A stretch of DNA of 64,000 bases. It comes from a virus (lineage: Duplodnaviria; Caudoviricetes). The DNA is taken from positions 155,773 to 219,772 of the IMG/VR virus record IMGVR_UViG_3300035696_000004. One strand, 5' to 3'. The translations under genes were made by a program, and so were the position numbers. Numbering within the stretch: the stretch's first letter is position 1; the number at the start of each line of letters is the position of its first letter. Positions 59,045-64,000 of this stretch are shown piece after piece. Under the pieces are notes generated by a model. The model had not been told where the DNA came from. It saw only the letters and a list, made by a program, of their open reading frames with translations, and did not search any database.

Positions 59045-60481
59045 TTACTCCACACGCATCATGCTGGCGACCCAGGCACAAATGTACTCGAGCGTGGCCA
59101 TGGCTGCCGCTTCACGAGGATTGATCCCGGGTACGGTTTCCAGATACTTGTTGATGCCGAACAAGATCTTGTCAGCAGACGTGTACGGGAAACGAGCACC
59201 ATGCACCAACTTGAGGCAGACATTGCTGAAGCTGGTATCAATCTCTGCTTCACGAATCGTTTCGAGGAGTTCATCGAATCGTTTCATGATGACATCGACG
59301 TTGCCTGCCACGGCGGCTTCACCTTCCACCATGTCACGCAGTTGCTGACGGAAAGTGAAATGCAGCGCATCCTTGATACGAGCGAAGCGACGTGCTTTTT
59401 CCACCGAGGCTTGCAGGACAGCAAACCGATTCCAGTCCAGCTTCAGTTCCGCAGCATGTTCGTTGATGGTTTGGATGGACGTGTACACCGGCGTATTCAG
59501 CAGGTTACCAAACAGCATCTCGTTTTCACCGCCTTCGGCGATCCACTTACGATAGAGTTCATCGTTGACCGTGATCTTGTTCCGAGTGCTGGAAACGACC
59601 ATGTTGCCGTTTTTCATCATGCTGTCGTAACGGCCGATTTCCCGCATGACTCGCTTAGCGGCCTGGTTGCGATACTGGATGACCAGGTCTTCATAGACCT
59701 CGAGCGTCATTTCGACGCCCGGCATCGGTTCGCTTTGTTCGAACAACGTCCGCGTGATCAGATACACAGCCAGTGCGTATTCGGCACCGTTAGTGCGATC
59801 TTCCAGAATGTCATTGAACGTCAACGAATCCGTAACATCGTCAAGCGCGTTGACTTGGAACACCATTTCCCAGAGACGGATAAAGAAATCCGCTCCTTTC
59901 GAAGCCGCCCACATCTCGATGTCCGTGTCGACATTGCCAGCGCCCGTCTTCATCAACCCGATGATTTCCGATACCGGGATCGTCGGTAGCTTCATCGCAC
60001 GAGCCGGAGTCAAGAACGGACCTTCAGCAAAGCGTTCTACCGATTGCGTAAAGGAAGCGTTCAAGAAAGGCTTCGGCGTTTCTTTGATGATGACTTCCAT
60101 GCCAAGCAACGATGCCGGTGTCAACGAAGCAATGGACAACTTCGTTTTCTCGATCAGTTCTTCCACGACCGGCACGACGACAGTCCGAGCAAACGTCAGG
60201 TGGTTCCGTACCGCTTTTGCGATAATCGGCACCGCCGAATCAAGAGCGATGTCGTGTTCCGAGAACTTCACTTCATCACTGACAGGGGCGTTGGCCAGGA
60301 CTTCGATAAAGTCCAGATCGAGTTCGGCTTGACCCGTCTGCGTTTTGAAGTGTTCTGCGGTGCGAGTGGCGATGACGAGTTCAGCCAGAGGCGTCCCTTC
60401 GATCGGCATCACGGTCATCCCAGCAGCTTCGACGATGCTGGAGAGAGGAATAGCGCTTTGAATGGCTTCAGATGTCAGCAT
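59045..60481 (-). CDS. Conserved virion-associated protein (phiKZ gp177 position)
   Basis: 478 aa between the protease block and the vRNAP beta gene. Confidence 0.6.
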   Translation of the reverse strand: MLTSEAIQSAIPLSSIVEAAGMTVMPIEGTPLAELVIATRTAEHFKTQTGQAELDLDFIEVLANAPVSDEVKFSEHDIALDSAVPIIAKAVRNHLTFARTVVVPVVEELIEKTKLSIASLTPASLLGMEVIIKETPKPFLNASFTQSVERFAEGPFLTPARAMKLPTIPVSEIIGLMKTGAGNVDTDIEMWAASKGADFFIRLWEMVFQVNALDDVTDSLTFNDILEDRTNGAEYALAVYLITRTLFEQSEPMPGVEMTLEVYEDLVIQYRNQAAKRVMREIGRYDSMMKNGNMVVSSTRNKITVNDELYRKWIAEGGENEMLFGNLLNTPVYTSIQTINEHAAELKLDWNRFAVLQASVEKARRFARIKDALHFTFRQQLRDMVEGEAAVAGNVDVIMKRFDELLETIREAEIDTSFSNVCLKLVHGARFPYTSADKILFGINKYLETVPGINPREAAAMATLEYICAWVASMMRVE

Positions 60482-60482
60482 C

Positions 60483-60677
60483 TTAATTCCCCAGTCGGCG
60501 TGCCAGGGCTTCCTGGAACTTGGTTTGAGAGAGATCGTAAAGGACCGATCGTGTCAGTTCAGACCCGTTGAAGGTATCGGCGACTTCGTTACCGAGGACC
60601 TCCTGAGCCACCAGGCGCACGAGTTCACTCCCATTTGCGAGTGTCGTCACCGTCATGATGCTTTCCATTTTATTCAT
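60483..60677 (-). CDS. Small hypothetical protein
   Basis: 64 aa, stop abuts the next ATG. Confidence 0.5.
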   Translation of the reverse strand: MNKMESIMTVTTLANGSELVRLVAQEVLGNEVADTFNGSELTRSVLYDLSQTKFQEALARRLGN

Positions 60678-60737
60678 CGCCGAATCCTCAGCAGCCTGTT
60701 AAAAATCAGTGGAGCCCCGATAAGGGCTCCACCCGTG

Positions 60738-60944
60738 TTACGAAATATATACTGCAAATGCATTCTTCCCGATCACATCGAGCAAGACATTCGTCGTCCC
60801 GATAGCTTCAGGGGACGTCACAATCCGTGCCGCAATACTTCGATAACCGAAATAGGCATCGACGATCTTGCCGGATGCTGTCCGAACTTCTCGAGTCATG
60901 ACTTCACCGAAGACCGATTTCATCTGGTTAGCGAAAACGGCTTT
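60738..60944 (-). CDS. rpoB: Virion RNAP beta subunit, last exon
   Basis: Starts AAA GCC GTT (KAVFANQMKSV) after the intron terminal G. Confidence 0.8.
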   Translation of the reverse strand, partial: KAVFANQMKSVFGEVMTREVRTASGKIVDAYFGYRSIAARIVTSPEAIGTTNVLLDVIGKNAFAVYIS

Positions 60945-62623
60945 CCTTCTGTCCACTTGATCCGTTGTGTCTCCCGACACGCTCTATCAAGCCGGTGCGC
61001 TTATTGGCACCCGCCCTATGTCACCATAGGGAGCAGACTATATCTTCACCCTCTTATTCAAAGTAGGGTGTTCCCTGTTTCCACGAGAGCTATTGCTCTC
61101 CGTGCACCTAAGCACTGACCCACTCGGGCTGTACACCGTGGTAAGCGGTTAGTCGTTGAACGTTCTCCATGCCCTCACGGGTGTAGGAGCTTCGCTGCTA
61201 AAGAGATCCTTAGGATCTACGGTTGTCTCTACCCTAGTCTTTTCAAACCTACTCAGAGAGCACGTCTATGCTTTCGCATTCCGCTTTGGTGTCTAGGATG
61301 TAACGAGAGTTTCCAGCAATTAAGGGAAATACATTCAGTCATTTCTGACTAAACGGACTATGATGTTTACAGCACTTCAATAACCCAGTTTCCATACGGT
61401 TGTTTTGTATCTATGCGGTTCTTGAGAGTTTTCTTATCTAAACCAAGAAAACTCCGCAACTGGCGAGAACTCTTAAATATCTTGAATTCTCTGGTCATTT
61501 GATTCAGAACCCTAAAGCACTTGGCTTCGTTAAACGCTACAAAACCAAATTCTAAAGGCCAGTCCTCCAACATGAACTTTCTGAAATAATAACCACCGAC
61601 CGTTTTTGGTGTTTCGGATCGCATGACAGTATAAATCCTATCGATCGTCACGCCTGTGAGAACAGACAGAGATGAGAGGGTTTTTGCCATGATTTCCTTA
61701 CCAGTTTCCACGTGTAAAGCTTGAAAAGGTCCGCGCTCAATTCTCGGAGCGGAGATTCTTTCAAACGACGTATAGTACCAGTCGCTCTTACCGTCAGTGC
61801 GGAATTCGTAAAGACCTAAAAACAGATTTGGCACTACTGTTCCGTTGAGCACACGTTTGATCGGCTTTATTGCTCCCTTTAAACCGATATCTCGCATACC
61901 TTCCGAAATAGACGAATAGTTTTTCACAGCGCCAGTCTTAACATTCCTAACTTCACAAGGGATGTTATCGGGTCTCAGATTCGCATTGACAGCGTGAATG
62001 ACATTTTCTCTAGACGTCACCCATTCAAGATTACTTAAATCAAGGTTGAGTTTATCGCCGTCCCTGTGATTTACGTAGATTTTATTAATTGGATCATCGT
62101 TTACGACAAAGGCTCTGGCTAACAGAAGATGGACGAGAACTTGCCGCCAACGTTTTTTGTCTGGATCGAGAATGCTAACGACCGGATACCCGTAGGGTCC
62201 TATGCGTTCCGACAAGATCTTTCCAGAAAACATTGATTTGACTTTCCCGACATTATTGACCGAGAATCTCGGAAATCCAGGAATTATCCTAAATCCACCA
62301 CCCGCCTCGATCGGGGAATCAAAAGTCATTAGATGTCCGCATTTGAATTTGAGAACTTTTGACGCTACAGGAACGAAAGCAATTTTCCTGAGGTCCTCTA
62401 TTCCAAAACACAAAACATCGTAATGGCCTAAAAGCTCCTCCCAATGTTCACCAGATACGATTTTTCCATTTAATACGGCCGTGTTGCTTGGAACAACCGA
62501 GCTTACCGTACTTCTTTCCCTGAGTAATCGAATTGCGCAAGTCGAGTTTGAAGACATCCCCTATACTCCTAGAATAGGTATCACAGGAGAATAGTAAAAT
62601 ATCAAAAAACCCTTACATCTTTA
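60945..62623 (-). mobile_element. Group I intron with HNH ORF in the vRNAP beta gene
   Basis: P aattgctggaaa, R gttcaacgacta, S aagatatagtc; splicing restores GVGD|KAVFANQMK; 3' core nearly identical to the 10601-11978 intron. Confidence 0.88.
61367..62557 (-). CDS. Intron-encoded HNH homing endonuclease
   Basis: IIPGFPRFSVNNVG; VHLLLARAF..YVNHRDGDKLNLDLSNLEW; several NUMOD1-like repeats. Confidence 0.88.
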   Translation of the reverse strand: MSSNSTCAIRLLRERSTVSSVVPSNTAVLNGKIVSGEHWEELLGHYDVLCFGIEDLRKIAFVPVASKVLKFKCGHLMTFDSPIEAGGGFRIIPGFPRFSVNNVGKVKSMFSGKILSERIGPYGYPVVSILDPDKKRWRQVLVHLLLARAFVVNDDPINKIYVNHRDGDKLNLDLSNLEWVTSRENVIHAVNANLRPDNIPCEVRNVKTGAVKNYSSISEGMRDIGLKGAIKPIKRVLNGTVVPNLFLGLYEFRTDGKSDWYYTSFERISAPRIERGPFQALHVETGKEIMAKTLSSLSVLTGVTIDRIYTVMRSETPKTVGGYYFRKFMLEDWPLEFGFVAFNEAKCFRVLNQMTREFKIFKSSRQLRSFLGLDKKTLKNRIDTKQPYGNWVIEVL

Positions 62624-64000
62624 ATCACCGACCCCAGCTGCCACGATGCCGGTGATGTAGACCTCGATGACCAGCGTGTTGAATTGTAGCGGATTACCAT
62701 CGACACGGTAACTTTCATCCACTGCCCCCGTAAAGGCAGGCCGACCGAGTTCTTTGTTACGTTTCAGCAACTCTCGATCAGTGGCGTTTGTCAGCGTTCT
62801 GAGCGACTCAGACATATCCTCTTCATCGCCATGGTAAAACACATCAATCCGTTCGACAGTGCCTTTGGCATGCGCCTCGGGTGTCATGGCTCCGAGCTTT
62901 CGGAGAGTCTCGATGGATTCTTCATCAAAGAGCTGGTTATTTGCCGTAACCGCCTCCTCGATGATGCATAAAATATCCTCAGCCTCGACGTGTTGCCCGA
63001 CTTTTATCAGCTTCCTGACACTCTGATCGAACGACACCACGATCTTTTTGACCTTGGTTGTTTTCGTCTTTAAGAGTTCTGCCAACCGTTGAGAGATGGC
63101 CGACGAGTCTTCGTGAGTGACAGGTGCTTCAAGTAGTGCGATTTTCGCTGTGACCCCAGCTTTCCAGATAACATTGTTGGGGTCGAGAATATCCTTTTCG
63201 AAGAAACCGTCATTGTAACAAAGAAGTGTGCCTTCCTTGAACTTCTGACCTTGTTTCAGATCCGATACGACCGAGTGCGGAATAATCAAGCCTGCTGCAT
63301 GGCCATAACGACGGCCCAGTTCAAAACCTTTGCGCTCACCATCCTCGTATTCGACCAACAACGATGTTTCCGTCATTGAAAGAACCATACCCGGCTTACG
63401 AGCCGTGAATGCAAAGAGATCACTCGTTCGTTTTGTCAGAACCTGCTCATAACCCGTTCTGACAGCACTTTGGTGATAACCGTCACAAGCCAAGCCGTGG
63501 CTATGCTGGATCCCGATAAAGTTGGTTCTTTTTGCGTCATCTTGATCGGCGGCAACAGAAACCAAACTGGCGGTCGAGAACAAACTCGATGGCCCGGTTT
63601 TCTCCTTGTCATACGGGGCTGTCGTTCCATACACTGTCGTGAACTGAGGGTTAGCACTGGTGTAGATGTTGATCCCCACATCAGAGCTGTCCACCGTCGA
63701 TTCACTAATCGTGCCTTTATTGCTGTTGTGATACGCTCGAGTGCGCTTCGTCATCGACCGACTATTACGACCACCGGTCCCGGCGTACGTCACCGCTTCT
63801 TGTTCCTTCAGGTTCTGAATCGGGTTGATGTCCGACACTAGAGCGATCGATGGATCCTGAGCGATGTTTGTCCAAACGGCGTAGGGATTCAAATCAATCG
63901 GGTGCTTTGACTTACCCGATCTGCCACCATGCATCCGTATCGCTTTCACGAGTTCAGAATACACGGCGCCTGCCATCCGATCATAGCCACGAATCCGTTG
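62624..64000 (-). CDS. rpoB: Virion RNAP beta subunit (phiKZ gp178-like), exon running off the window
   Basis: Frame open to 64000 (RIRGYDRMAG); GGRNSRSM, ESTVDSSDVG, DDAKRTNFIGIQ, EDSSAIS; ends VGD then TAA inside the intron. Confidence 0.85.

Overview
64 kb from a nucleus-forming jumbo phage of the phiKZ-like group (Chimalliviridae-type), in nearly phiKZ gene order and mostly on the minus strand. Core genes: chimallin, PhuZ tubulin, three non-virion RNA polymerase beta/beta' pieces plus a gp68-like subunit, probable PicA/Imp1 and ChmC homologues (synteny only), SF2 helicase, SbcD nuclease, family B DNA polymerase, terminase, baseplate/virion genes, tail sheath and tube, head protease, and the 3' part of the virion RNAP beta gene. 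Three group I introns split catalytic motifs of three different RNAP genes. Two carry HNH endonucleases, share a near-identical 3' core and sit in near-identical 15-nt targets in paralogous genes; the third is ORF-less and shares its P5 region with the first. Accessory content includes a Tad1-like anti-defence sponge, an H-NS-like/NUMOD1 fusion, a degenerate GH19, a Gln-rich lipoprotein, and a protein with two tandem copies of what looks like a capsid-protein domain. Non-coding signals: an 8-copy early-promoter motif, CATA/TATG-flanked hairpins, a ~300-nt candidate pseudoknotted ncRNA and a candidate GGA-rich sRNA. No tRNA, rRNA or CRISPR array was seen. Family assignments come from motifs read by eye, recalled family features and synteny; no searches or folding programs were run. 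One ORF-track strand label (55264..55611) is wrong, and several starts were refined from Shine-Dalgarno (SD) context.
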